Source: Lachnospiraceae bacterium
Lineage (GTDB): Bacteria; Bacillota; Clostridia; Lachnospirales; Lachnospiraceae
Assembly: GCA_024691425.1 (NCBI GenBank)
Contig: JAILNQ010000125.1
Span: 7,736-71,735 of the forward strand
Length of the DNA: 64,000 nt
Direction: 5' to 3'
Every line of letters begins with the position of its first letter. The first letter of the stretch is position 1. The translations under genes were made by a program, and so were the position numbers. The notes beneath the pieces are model-generated. The model searched no databases, had not been told where the DNA came from, and saw only the letters and a program-made list of their open reading frames with translations. Positions 1-8,727 of the stretch are shown here, piece by piece.

Positions 1-756
1 CTGCACGACAGCATCGATGACCGGATTGATGGCAAGACGGGTTGTCATCCAAATTGTTAAGAAAATGATCAGTGCCTGCATAAAGATCGCAACGTGGACG
101 ACACCCATTTCATGCTTTAGCGAAACGATTGCTGAATCCACTTTTGTTTCTGCCAGCTTATCCACTTCAATCAGGCTTTTCTGCATGCCTGTTCTGATCT
201 TATCCTTCTGCTCGTAGTATTCATCGTTGAGAACAAGTTCGGTTGCGCGTCTTATTTTTTCCGAAGGAGAAAGAGCGGCATCTTCTGCGCTGAGCGTAAC
301 GTCATCAAGCACTTCGGGATAGTCCGTATATCCTTTCGCCTCGACTACAAGACGCATGGCGTAGTATTCCTGCTCCATGAGGTTCACGGAGCTTTCCATG
401 GCTTCCTGAAGCTTGCCAAAGGCCGCATCGGCGCTGCTGTCTATGTCCATTTTCGAGAGAGCTTCTTCACGTCTCTTAGACTCGAAAGCTTCCTCAAAAT
501 ACAGGTTCATGAACCTGATATCACCGTTCAAGGTAAACCGCTGGACCTGCTCGGTAAGATAATCCGATGCATTCATGAGCTCATGGGCGGCTTTCTGAAG
601 ATCCGAATTCTGCTGTGAGGCAGCCGTTATGCGCATGAAGGCATTGGACAGACGGAACGTGGCTATGATCACGGTCCCTGAGAAAATGATGATTATTATA
701 ACGAGCCACAGATGAACTATGCGATGGGATATTCCGTTTTCGCGATTGCCGAACAT
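1..756 (-). CDS. membrane-anchored sensor/signalling protein, N-terminal part (gene runs off the window start)
   Basis: Minus-strand frame is open from ATG (complement of 754-756) to position 1, with GGAGG 4-5 nt upstream. It is absent from the ORF track because it has no stop in the window. Translation MFGNRENGISHRIVHLWLVIIIIIFSGTVIIATF... gives a TM helix, a ~190-aa helical extracytoplasmic region, a second TM (VVHVAIFMQALIIFLTIWM) and a HAMP-like start. The output domain is not visible. Confidence 0.6.
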   Translation of the reverse strand, partial: MFGNRENGISHRIVHLWLVIIIIIFSGTVIIATFRLSNAFMRITAASQQNSDLQKAAHELMNASDYLTEQVQRFTLNGDIRFMNLYFEEAFESKRREEALSKMDIDSSADAAFGKLQEAMESSVNLMEQEYYAMRLVVEAKGYTDYPEVLDDVTLSAEDAALSPSEKIRRATELVLNDEYYEQKDKIRTGMQKSLIEVDKLAETKVDSAIVSLKHEMGVVHVAIFMQALIIFLTIWMTTRLAINPVIDAVVQ

Positions 757-983
757 TTTTCCTCCGATCAGTCTGAATCAATTACAAAAAGCCATTCGCT
801 ATTATATCATGCGGACCGTGAAATGATAACAATAAATTGCAAATGTGACGCCTGCCCTCTCATACAGGCAGTGTATATATTATAATGTCATATGGTTGTG
901 GATTTTTTTACGGAAGAGGCGGATAATGAATATATCGCATACGAAATTGATTCGGACAGAAGGACGCTTTAGGTGAACAAGAT

Positions 984-1898
984 ATGAGTGAGAAGGAAAA
1001 GAAAAAAGACGCATACCTTTTCGGGCAGATTCTCGGGACGCATTCGTTCCTGCTGAGGGACGGTTTCCTCAAACCCGATGAGTATTCAGAGATCAAGGAG
1101 CAGTACTTCCTGCCGGGAGGTGAGACCGGAACGGCGGCGACAGTGCTGGATTCATTAGGCGCATCGGTGATCATCGACGGCACATGGATCGGAACGCAGG
1201 TCGCTCCGATGCTGCGCGGATTCTATGACGGAAAGAATGTCGATCTTTCACCGCTGACTTTCGGTGAAGATAACGGAGTTATGGACTATGTCGTCATACA
1301 CGGGCTTGTGCGCTCGCCGATGGGCAGGTTCAGGACGCTATTCGAGGAAGGAAAGCGATGGTGGAACGTGCCGAAGGAGAGCGATATAGAAGGATGCAGG
1401 GTAGCGGCAATAGACCCGTTCTTCATGGAGGAATCAGAACTTGCCGCTAAAATCTGCGGCCGCCAGGGCATACCGTATGTGACGATCGATGCAAAGCATG
1501 ATTCATATCTTCACAGGCACGCCGCGGTAAATGTCGTATCGAAGGAATGCACGTCGGAACACTATCCTGACATGGCGGCAGAGGACATACTGAAAATCAT
1601 GATGCCGGAGACTGAGGGACTTACGATAATAACCCAGGGCAGCGGTGATATGCTCTATGGAAGAAAAGACGGAATGATACAGAGGATGAAGCCTTTTGAC
1701 GTGGAAGTTAAGAGCACCCTCGGCGCAGGGGATACCTTCAAGGCAGGATGCGTTTATGCTCTGCTTCATGGACTGTCCGATGACGAACTGGTACGTTTCG
1801 CAAGCGCATGCTCCGCGGTTGCGATATCAAGATTCCCGCTTCCGCTGAACCCTCCGAGGCTTGACGAGGTCAGGGGGATAATTGAAAAAGGAAGATGA
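984..1898 (+). CDS. PfkB-family carbohydrate kinase (ribokinase-like)
   Basis: 304-aa ORF with AGGTGA RBS 7 nt upstream. C-terminal GAGDTFKAG signature of PfkB/ribokinase-family kinases. Confidence 0.85.
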   Translation: MSEKEKKKDAYLFGQILGTHSFLLRDGFLKPDEYSEIKEQYFLPGGETGTAATVLDSLGASVIIDGTWIGTQVAPMLRGFYDGKNVDLSPLTFGEDNGVMDYVVIHGLVRSPMGRFRTLFEEGKRWWNVPKESDIEGCRVAAIDPFFMEESELAAKICGRQGIPYVTIDAKHDSYLHRHAAVNVVSKECTSEHYPDMAAEDILKIMMPETEGLTIITQGSGDMLYGRKDGMIQRMKPFDVEVKSTLGAGDTFKAGCVYALLHGLSDDELVRFASACSAVAISRFPLPLNPPRLDEVRGIIEKGR

Positions 1899-2098
1899 AC
1901 GAATTCAGCTCCATCACTTCTAAACCTCTTTCTTACTGATTGCTGACAGGGTAAAACTGTTACATATACACCCGAGAGTGATTAAAATACAGTATCTTTA
2001 TCGTTTCAAGGTATCACAAGAATCTTGTTTATAATATAATATCTTAAGGAAAAATCATACCCGGTACAGTAATCCGGTAATCATAAACGAGGGTTGTC

Positions 2099-2950
2099 AT
2101 GACAGAGCTTGAAGGACTTTCACAGGAACAGAAGAATAAACTTGATGAGCTTAAGACTTATATTGCCAGGCTCGGCTCGCTTGCGGTCGGATTTTCCGGC
2201 GGAGCCGATTCGGCTCTTCTTCTTGCCGTCGCGCACGAAGTGCTGAAAGACCGTGTGATCGCAGTCACTGCAAAGGATGCATCCGTCCCGGAGCGGGAGA
2301 TAGGCGATGCAGTGTCATTCTGTAAAGAGCGCGGCATAAGGCACATCATCATTGCGGTAGATCCGATGAAGAATGAACAGTACAGGAAAAACGGGCCCGA
2401 CAGGTGCTATTTCTGCAAACGCGGGATTTTCGCTGAGATAATGAGGACAGCAAAAGAGAATGGCATATCATTTTCGGCGGAAGGATCAAATATGGATGAC
2501 CTCGGGGACTACAGACCGGGGCTTAAGGCGGTGGAGGAGCTCGGTGTGAAAAGCCCGCTGAGGCACGCCCGGCTCAGCAAATCCGATGTGCGCACTATCT
2601 CTAAGGCCATGGGGCTTCCAACGTGGAGCAAGCCTGCATATGCGTGCCTTGCATCGCGTTTCGTATACGGCGAGGAGATAACGGAAGAAAAGCTCGCTAT
2701 GATAGACAGAGCGGAACAGTTCCTTATCGAAAACGGATTTGCCGAAGAGCGCGTCAGGCTGCACGGTAAGATCGCGAGAATAGAAGTTCCGGAAAAAGAC
2801 ATACCAAGGCTTGCCTCCGATGACATGAGAACAGCGGTGTATGAGAAGTTCAGAGAGATCGGATTTTCTTTCGTGACTCTTGATATGAGGGGATATCGCA
2901 CAGGAAGCATGAATGCGACACTTCCGGGCGGGAACGGGAAAGATATATGA
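2099..2950 (+). CDS. larE: LarE-like ATP-dependent sulfur transferase (PP-loop ATPase, TIGR00268-type)
   Basis: 283 aa. PP-loop GFSGGADSALLL, plus CYFCK and ACLASRF motifs characteristic of LarE homologues. Confidence 0.8.
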   Translation: MTELEGLSQEQKNKLDELKTYIARLGSLAVGFSGGADSALLLAVAHEVLKDRVIAVTAKDASVPEREIGDAVSFCKERGIRHIIIAVDPMKNEQYRKNGPDRCYFCKRGIFAEIMRTAKENGISFSAEGSNMDDLGDYRPGLKAVEELGVKSPLRHARLSKSDVRTISKAMGLPTWSKPAYACLASRFVYGEEITEEKLAMIDRAEQFLIENGFAEERVRLHGKIARIEVPEKDIPRLASDDMRTAVYEKFREIGFSFVTLDMRGYRTGSMNATLPGGNGKDI

Positions 2951-2995
2951 TATAATATTTTTTTATGGAAATCTGTTAAGGGGTAGTTAGCTGAA

Positions 2996-4369
2996 ATGAC
3001 TGCTGCAGAAGAGAAGACAAATAAAAAACTGTTCGAGGAAGCGCCGATACTCAAGGCCGTCATGGCCCTTGAAGTTCCGACGGTCATAAGTCAGCTGATA
3101 ACCGTCGCGTACAACATGGCGGATACGTTCTTCATCGGACAGGTCGGGAATCCTAGGCAGGTGGCGGCGGCTTCGATATGCCTGCCGATTTTCATGCTGC
3201 TGACAGGCATGGCGAATCTTTTCGGAATAGGCGGGGCGAGCCTTATATCGCGTTCGCTCGGAAAGGGCGATCACGGGCATGCTATGAAGGCTTCGGCTTT
3301 CAGCTTATGGACTGCGGGAGTTGTCGCGTTCATATACGGTATGGTCATATATTTCGGCCGGAGCGTCCTGCTTCCGATGGTCGGAGCAGATAAGTCGACA
3401 TACGATTACTGCTGCATGTATATCTTCTGGGTAATAGCGATCGGAGCGGTTCCGACTGTGCTCAGCGCCACGTTCGCGCATCTTGTGCGCGCGGAGGGAT
3501 TTTCGCATCAGGCCAGCTTCGGCATCGCGCTCGGCGGAATCCTGAACATCATCCTCGATCCGATCTTCATTTCGGCATTTGAACTTGATATTGCGGGCGC
3601 GGCAATCGCGACGCTGCTTTCGAACGTGGCATCAGCCGCATACTTCGTCATTCTGATCCGGATAAAGCGCGACAAGATGGTGCTTTCGATGAATCCGCGC
3701 GATTATACGTTAAAGAGCGGGATACCGCTCGAGATCATGCTTGTCGGACTTCCGAGTGCCATCATGAATATTTCCGGAGTCCTTTCTAATGTATTCATGA
3801 ACCGCCTGATGTCCGGCTACGGTAATGAGGCCGTCGCAGGGATAGGCATAGCGAAGAAAGTCGACCTGCTGAACTATGCGGTTGCCACGGGACTTTCACA
3901 GGGCGTGATCCCTCTTATCGGATACAATTACTCAGCGAAGAACTATAAGCGCATGCTGTCGGCCGTTAATACGACTCTCGTTCTGAGCATAGCAGTAGCT
4001 GCTGCAAATACCGTATTTCTTCTGACGGGAGCCGGATTCATTGTACGGGCGTTCATCAATGATCCGCAGACCGTTGAATACGGGAGCCGTTTCCAACGCA
4101 TCATCTGCGTGACGGGCGTGTTCATACCGATAGCAATGGTCATCATCACGATGTTTCAGTCGACAGGAAGGAAGCTGACTCCGCTCGTCCTTTCTGTGCT
4201 GCGAAAGGGGGGAGTGGACATACCGGCGATGTTCATTCTTGAGCGCCTTGTCGGTGTCAACGGGATAGCCTGGGCAACCCCTGTCGCCGATACGATATCC
4301 ATGGCGGTTGCATTACTCTGCTTCATCCCGTTCTGGAAGGAACTTCAGACATATATGGCAGATTCCTAG
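2996..4369 (+). CDS. MATE family efflux transporter
   Basis: 457 aa and about 12 TM segments. Typical MATE N-terminus (LFEEAPILKAVMALEVPTVISQLITVAYNMADTFFIGQ). Confidence 0.85.
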   Translation: MTAAEEKTNKKLFEEAPILKAVMALEVPTVISQLITVAYNMADTFFIGQVGNPRQVAAASICLPIFMLLTGMANLFGIGGASLISRSLGKGDHGHAMKASAFSLWTAGVVAFIYGMVIYFGRSVLLPMVGADKSTYDYCCMYIFWVIAIGAVPTVLSATFAHLVRAEGFSHQASFGIALGGILNIILDPIFISAFELDIAGAAIATLLSNVASAAYFVILIRIKRDKMVLSMNPRDYTLKSGIPLEIMLVGLPSAIMNISGVLSNVFMNRLMSGYGNEAVAGIGIAKKVDLLNYAVATGLSQGVIPLIGYNYSAKNYKRMLSAVNTTLVLSIAVAAANTVFLLTGAGFIVRAFINDPQTVEYGSRFQRIICVTGVFIPIAMVIITMFQSTGRKLTPLVLSVLRKGGVDIPAMFILERLVGVNGIAWATPVADTISMAVALLCFIPFWKELQTYMADS

Positions 4370-4430
4370 AGATGAGCAGGACATATCATTCAGATCCTTA
4401 TCGAAAAATGAGGATGAGTTTTATTGACAT

Positions 4431-5801
4431 ATGAGAAGAATTGCAGATAAAAAAATCCTCAACAGGAAAATATGGGCGATAGCCGTCCCGATCATTTTCC
4501 AGAACCTGATCGATGCTGCCGTTAACAGCGCCGATGTGCTGATGCTCAATCATGTCGGGCAGTCAGCGATAAGCGCCGTGTCTCTGGCCAACAGCATGAT
4601 CGGGATTTTTTTCATGTTCCTGTACGGCATCGGAACCGGAATAGCGATGCTTTCGGCTCAGTATTATGGCAAGGGAGACATTGAGACGATCGAGAAGGTC
4701 GAGGGGATCGGATTTAAATATGCTCTGACTGTTGCGGCCATCGGAGCTGCCGCGGCACTTGCGATACCGAAAATCCTTATGCGGATATATACGAATGACG
4801 AGTCGCTCGTAGCCCTCGGGGCAAAGTATCTGATGTTCATCGCACCCGGACTTATCTTCTGGGCGATAAGCGCTGTTTACATGTCCATATTAAGGTGCAT
4901 CGGCAAGGTTGCTGTCAGCACTGTGCTCGAGGCTATGGCACTCATATCGAACGTGCTGCTGAATGCGGTTTTCATCTTCGGACTATTCGGAGCTCCGAAG
5001 CTCGGGGTGATCGGCGTAGCGATCGCCACTTCGCTGAGCCGTCTGCTGCAGCTGATCGGATGCATTGTTGTATCGGTATTCAGAAAACCCGGAGTCCGGC
5101 TGACATTTTCAACGATGCTGAAAAGATACCGGCTGCTTCAGAAGGATTTCATAAGCATGGCATTGCCGGCCATAGCAAACGATCTCGTGTGGGCAGTGGG
5201 ATTTTCGGCTTACTCGGGGATACTCGGCCATCTAGGAGATGATGCGGTCGCAGCATATTCGATAAACAACGTGGTAAGAAACCTCGGAACAGTGCTCTGC
5301 TACGGTATCGCATCTGCATCAGGAATAATGGTAGGACAGATACTCGGAGAGGGAAACAGGGAAGAAGGAATAGATGCCGGACATGCGTGCCTCAGACTTT
5401 CATTTGTTACGGGAATTCTCGGAGGCCTCATCGTTCTCGTGCTTATTCCGGTAACGATGTCGGCCGTGTCGCTTTCGGATACGGCGCTTGATTATCTTAA
5501 GTTCATGCTTCTGATAGACACTTATTACATAACCGGGACAGCCGTGAACTCGACTCTCATTGCCGGAGTGTTCCGGGCAGGTGGGGACAGCAGATTCGGA
5601 TTCAGGTGCGATCTCATCGACATGTGGGTATATGCCGTTCCTTTAGGACTTATTTCAGCATTTGTTCTGAAGCTTCCGGTCAAATGGGTGTACTTTCTTC
5701 TGTGTACGGATGAATTCGTGAAATGGCCGTGGGTATTCGCGCATTTTTACAGGTATGGATGGGCAAAGAACATTACAAGAGACAGTTCGGAACTTTCATG
5801 A
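4431..5801 (+). CDS. MATE family efflux transporter (second, divergent paralogue)
   Basis: 456 aa polytopic protein. N-terminus IWAIAVPIIFQNLIDAAVNSADVLMLNHVGQ is typical of MATE/NorM-like proteins. Confidence 0.85.
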   Translation: MRRIADKKILNRKIWAIAVPIIFQNLIDAAVNSADVLMLNHVGQSAISAVSLANSMIGIFFMFLYGIGTGIAMLSAQYYGKGDIETIEKVEGIGFKYALTVAAIGAAAALAIPKILMRIYTNDESLVALGAKYLMFIAPGLIFWAISAVYMSILRCIGKVAVSTVLEAMALISNVLLNAVFIFGLFGAPKLGVIGVAIATSLSRLLQLIGCIVVSVFRKPGVRLTFSTMLKRYRLLQKDFISMALPAIANDLVWAVGFSAYSGILGHLGDDAVAAYSINNVVRNLGTVLCYGIASASGIMVGQILGEGNREEGIDAGHACLRLSFVTGILGGLIVLVLIPVTMSAVSLSDTALDYLKFMLLIDTYYITGTAVNSTLIAGVFRAGGDSRFGFRCDLIDMWVYAVPLGLISAFVLKLPVKWVYFLLCTDEFVKWPWVFAHFYRYGWAKNITRDSSELS

Positions 5802-5813
5802 AAGGATTATGAA

Positions 5814-6368
5814 TTGAAAGCGGATAATGAAACATACCGTAAAGTCTATTCAATACTGGATGCCGCATCACCGCTTAAGCATGACTGCGGAAGCCTCTGC
5901 GGCAGCGTATGCTGCAAAGGCGGCTCTGTTCCGGACGAAGAGCTGTACATTTATCTGCTTCCGGGCGAAATGGAATTCCTGAAGGAACAGGGAGCGGATA
6001 TTGAGCTTGTAAGGCGTGAGAGCAGGTTCCATTACCTTCCGCATTCGTGGGGAAAGCATTTCTATACGGCGATCTGCCGCGGCCCCGAAAACTGTCCGCG
6101 ATCTCTGCGCCCGATACAGTGCAGGACTTTTCCGCTCGAGCCTCACATGGAAAGATCAGGCGAGCTGAAAATGATATACTGCGATATCGACCTGCCTTAC
6201 GAATGCCCGCTGATATCGAAGAAAATGGTGCTTGATGAAAAATATGTGTATGCTATTTACGAAGCATGGCATATACTTATCGAAGACGATCTTATAAGAG
6301 ACCTTGTCAGAATGGATTCCGCAGGAAGAAAAAAATACGACGTATACCCGTATATTCATGAATCATGA
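5814..6368 (+). CDS. YkgJ/UPF0153-type cysteine-cluster (putative Zn/Fe-chelating) protein
   Basis: 184 aa with TTG start and AAGGA RBS 6 nt upstream. N-terminal CGSLCGSVCCKG cluster plus downstream CRTFPLEP, as in the CxxCxxCC family. Confidence 0.6.
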   Translation: MKADNETYRKVYSILDAASPLKHDCGSLCGSVCCKGGSVPDEELYIYLLPGEMEFLKEQGADIELVRRESRFHYLPHSWGKHFYTAICRGPENCPRSLRPIQCRTFPLEPHMERSGELKMIYCDIDLPYECPLISKKMVLDEKYVYAIYEAWHILIEDDLIRDLVRMDSAGRKKYDVYPYIHES

Positions 6369-6397
6369 AATATGGGGTAGAGGCTTAAAGAAAATCG

Positions 6398-6406
6398 TGG
6401 TATAAT
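6398..6406 (+). promoter_or_regulatory. extended -10 promoter element (TGgTATAAT) upstream of tRNA-Ala
   Basis: TGG at 6398-6400 is followed directly by TATAAT at 6401-6406. No good -35 element. It lies 45 nt upstream of the tRNA. Confidence 0.4.
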
Positions 6407-6419
6407 TTCTGTCTGTGAT

Positions 6420-6435
6420 GGGGTATTAGCTCAGC
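6420..6435 (+). repeat. 16-nt direct copy of the tRNA-Ala 5' end
   Basis: GGGGTATTAGCTCAGC at 6420-6435 is identical to tRNA positions 1-16 (6451-6466). Confidence 0.9.
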
Positions 6436-6450
6436 AATTTAGATAAATAT

Positions 6451-6523
6451 GGGGTATTAGCTCAGCTGGGAGAGCGCCAGGTTCGCAATCTGGAGGTCAC
6501 GGGTTCGATCCCCGTATGCTCCA
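6451..6523 (+). tRNA. tRNA-Ala (anticodon CGC)
   Basis: 73-nt cloverleaf folded by hand. Acceptor GGGGTAT/ATGCTCC has the G3:U70 Ala identity pair. Anticodon stem CCAGG/TCTGG, loop TTCGCAA. T-arm ACGGG-TTCGATC-CCCGT. CCA is not encoded. Confidence 0.92.
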
Positions 6524-6549
6524 TTTTCTACAAATTTCAAATAATTATC

Positions 6550-6562
6550 TCGAACCCGTGAC
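6550..6562 (-). repeat. 13-nt inverted copy of the tRNA-Ala variable/T-arm segment
   Basis: TCGAACCCGTGAC at 6550-6562 is the exact reverse complement of GTCACGGGTTCGA at 6496-6508. Confidence 0.9.
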
Positions 6563-6585
6563 ATTGGTGCACAGGTTTTGTCTTT

Positions 6586-6601
6586 ATCCCCGTATGCTCC
6601 A
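6586..6601 (+). repeat. 16-nt direct copy of the tRNA-Ala 3' end
   Basis: ATCCCCGTATGCTCCA at 6586-6601 is identical to 6508-6523. It ends 6 nt before the stop of the convergent flavin reductase gene. Confidence 0.9.
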
Positions 6602-6607
6602 CTCCTT

Positions 6608-7183
6608 TCAATTCTTTTTCTTCTTTTTCTCTACCGAGTATCCGAATTTTCCGATCCTCTTTCCCAGACCGAAGTATACGCCGTGAGAGTAAGCTACGAG
6701 CTTCGAATCGTTGAGCTCGAACTTTCCGTTCTCGTCCATGTACTTCTCGTCAATAAGGATCCCGACGACTTCGGCGATGAACATATCATGACTTCCGAGC
6801 TCCTTGATCTCCTTGACTTTGCAGGCGAGGCTCAGGGGACTTTCTGCTATTGCCGGAGCTGACACGCCTTCGATATCGACGGGCGTAAGGTTCATCTTGG
6901 CAAATTTATCAATATCTCTTCCTGACCTGACTCCGCAGTAATCAGTTGCGAATGCAAGATCTTCAGTCACGAGATTGATAACGAATTCGCCTGTTGCGGC
7001 GATGATATCGTGAGAGTGGCGCTCCTTCCTGACGGATATCGATACCATGACAGGATCCGAACATATTGTTCCCGCCCAAGCAACGGTAATAATATTCGGC
7101 CTGCATCCGTTGCCGGCGCAGCTTACCATGACAACGGGCAGGGGATAGAGCATGTTTCCGGGTTTCCAGTTTGCTTTAGACAT
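6608..7183 (-). CDS. flavin reductase-like domain protein
   Basis: 191 aa. LYPLPVVMVSC...RPNIITVAWAGTICSDPVMVSISVRKERHSHDII matches the flavin reductase (FMN-binding split barrel) family pattern. Confidence 0.85.
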   Translation of the reverse strand: MSKANWKPGNMLYPLPVVMVSCAGNGCRPNIITVAWAGTICSDPVMVSISVRKERHSHDIIAATGEFVINLVTEDLAFATDYCGVRSGRDIDKFAKMNLTPVDIEGVSAPAIAESPLSLACKVKEIKELGSHDMFIAEVVGILIDEKYMDENGKFELNDSKLVAYSHGVYFGLGKRIGKFGYSVEKKKKKN

Positions 7184-7316
7184 ATTTTTTCCTTTCGATA
7201 GAAGATTCCGTGATGCTGATTTTCAATATACAGTATAACATAATCGATACTTGCTGCTCTTTTTGTGGTATAATGCCACATAGTTGTGTAAAAACATGGA
7301 ATGATATGAGGTGCTT

Positions 7317-8246
7317 ATGATTTACGATAATGTACTTGAGGCCGTTGGACATACACCGATGATAAGGCTCAACAGGCTTGTGAAACCGGGAAGCGCGGAG
7401 GTTCTCGTCAAGTTCGAGGGAACCAACATAGGCGGTTCCATAAAAACGAGGACCGCGCTGAACATGATAAAAGCGGCAGAGCGTGAAGGACTGATCAATA
7501 AGGATACCGTGATCGTCGAGCCGACGAGCGGCAACCAGGGCATCGGACTTGCACTCGTAGGTGCGGTAAGAGGCTACAGGACCATCATCATAATGCCGGA
7601 TTCCGTGAGCGAGGAGAGGACGAAGATCGTTAAGCATTACGGTGCGGAAGTAATACTGATCCATGATGACGGCGACATCGGCGAGTGCATGGACAAGTGT
7701 CTGAAGACTGCGCTTAAGATGCAGGAAGACGATCCGAACGTGTTCGTTCCGCAGCAGTTCGAAAATCCGAACAATACTATGGCACATAAAAATCATACCG
7801 CGCTCGAGATAATGGAACAGGTCGCAGGGCCTATTCATGGGTTCTGCTCGGGCATAGGAACCGGCGGTACGATAACAGGTATCGGAGAAGTGCTGAAAGC
7901 TCAGTACCCGTTCATAGAGATATGGGCAGTGGAGCCGGAGAATGCGGCCATTCTCGCGGGCGGAAACATAGGGACGCATCTTCAGATGGGAATCGGTGAC
8001 GGCATCATACCCGAGATACTCAATCTGTCCGTGTTCGACGACATATATGTCGTCTCCGACGAAGAGGCGATAGGAACTGCTCAGAGACTGGCAAGAGAAG
8101 AAGGGATACTGTGCGGCATTTCAAGCGGTACGAACGTTGCTGCGGCACTTCGTCTTGCCGACAAACTCGGAAGCGGTAAAACAGTTGTGACGGTGCTTCC
8201 GGATACGGCCGAAAGATATTTTTCTACGCCGCTTTTCGATGAGTGA
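7317..8246 (+). CDS. cysK: cysteine synthase A / O-acetylserine sulfhydrylase family (PLP-dependent)
   Basis: The track ORF begins at GTG 7311. ATG 7317 with GAGGTG RBS is preferred. MIYDNVLEAVGHTPMIRLNRL and the PLP-lysine motif GGSIKTR (canonical G-S-[VI]-K-D-R) are typical of CysK. Confidence 0.9.
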   Translation: MIYDNVLEAVGHTPMIRLNRLVKPGSAEVLVKFEGTNIGGSIKTRTALNMIKAAEREGLINKDTVIVEPTSGNQGIGLALVGAVRGYRTIIIMPDSVSEERTKIVKHYGAEVILIHDDGDIGECMDKCLKTALKMQEDDPNVFVPQQFENPNNTMAHKNHTALEIMEQVAGPIHGFCSGIGTGGTITGIGEVLKAQYPFIEIWAVEPENAAILAGGNIGTHLQMGIGDGIIPEILNLSVFDDIYVVSDEEAIGTAQRLAREEGILCGISSGTNVAAALRLADKLGSGKTVVTVLPDTAERYFSTPLFDE

Positions 8247-8262
8247 GAAACGCTGAACATTC

Positions 8263-8291
8263 TTGAATTTTTCATAAGATTACAGTATAAT
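8263..8291 (+). promoter_or_regulatory. sigma-A-type promoter for the STAS gene
   Basis: TTGAAT (8263-8268), 17-nt spacer, TATAAT (8286-8291). It lies 43 nt upstream of ATG 8334. Confidence 0.55.
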
Positions 8292-8333
8292 GCAGATGTT
8301 GGCAGTTTTATAATATATAAGGGAGAGAAGAAA

Positions 8334-8630
8334 ATGACGATCACCAAAGATAAGAATGCAGATGAGCTTACGATCTCACTTGAAGGAAGACTTGATACGA
8401 CTACGGCTCCGCAGCTCGAGGAAGAGCTTACGGCGTCGCTTGATGATGTCAAGAAGCTTGTGTTCGACTTCTCAAAGCTCGAATACATTTCTTCAGCAGG
8501 ACTCAGGGTTCTTCTTGCAGGCCAGAAGCGCATGAACAAACAGGGCAGCATGGTTGTCAAGAATGTAGCTGACGAGATCAAAGAGATATTTGAAGTCACC
8601 GGGTTCACGGAGATTCTCAACATTGAATGA
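8334..8630 (+). CDS. STAS-domain anti-sigma-factor antagonist (SpoIIAA/RsbV-like)
   Basis: 98 aa with GGGAGAG RBS. EYISSAGLRVL contains the conserved phosphorylatable Ser context of SpoIIAA/RsbV-type STAS proteins. Confidence 0.9.
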   Translation: MTITKDKNADELTISLEGRLDTTTAPQLEEELTASLDDVKKLVFDFSKLEYISSAGLRVLLAGQKRMNKQGSMVVKNVADEIKEIFEVTGFTEILNIE

Positions 8631-8663
8631 TAACGGACATTTGTGTTCCGGGATGAAAACACT

Positions 8664-8698
8664 GGGAGGTTAACCAAAAGGATGGCCTCCCGTTTTTT
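8664..8698 (+). terminator. intrinsic terminator/attenuator between the STAS and kinase genes
   Basis: GGGAGGTTAACC-AAAA-GGATGGCCTCCC forms an imperfect 12-bp stem (two G:U pairs, one mismatch). It is followed by TTTTTT at 8693-8698. Confidence 0.6.
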
Positions 8699-8727
8699 CT
8701 ATGATTGGATTTTTGAAAGGAAATGAT

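Noticed and set aside
1899-2098. 200-bp gap upstream of larE, checked for a riboswitch or small ORF.
   Set aside because: It is AT-rich, with only promoter-like TATAAT strings and short 4-5-bp hairpins. I recognised no conserved RNA motif.
7176-7979. 267-aa minus-strand ORF opposite cysK.
   Set aside because: It is antisense to a gene with unmistakable CysK motifs. Its translation is Arg/Cys/His-rich with no recognisable domain, so it is a shadow ORF.
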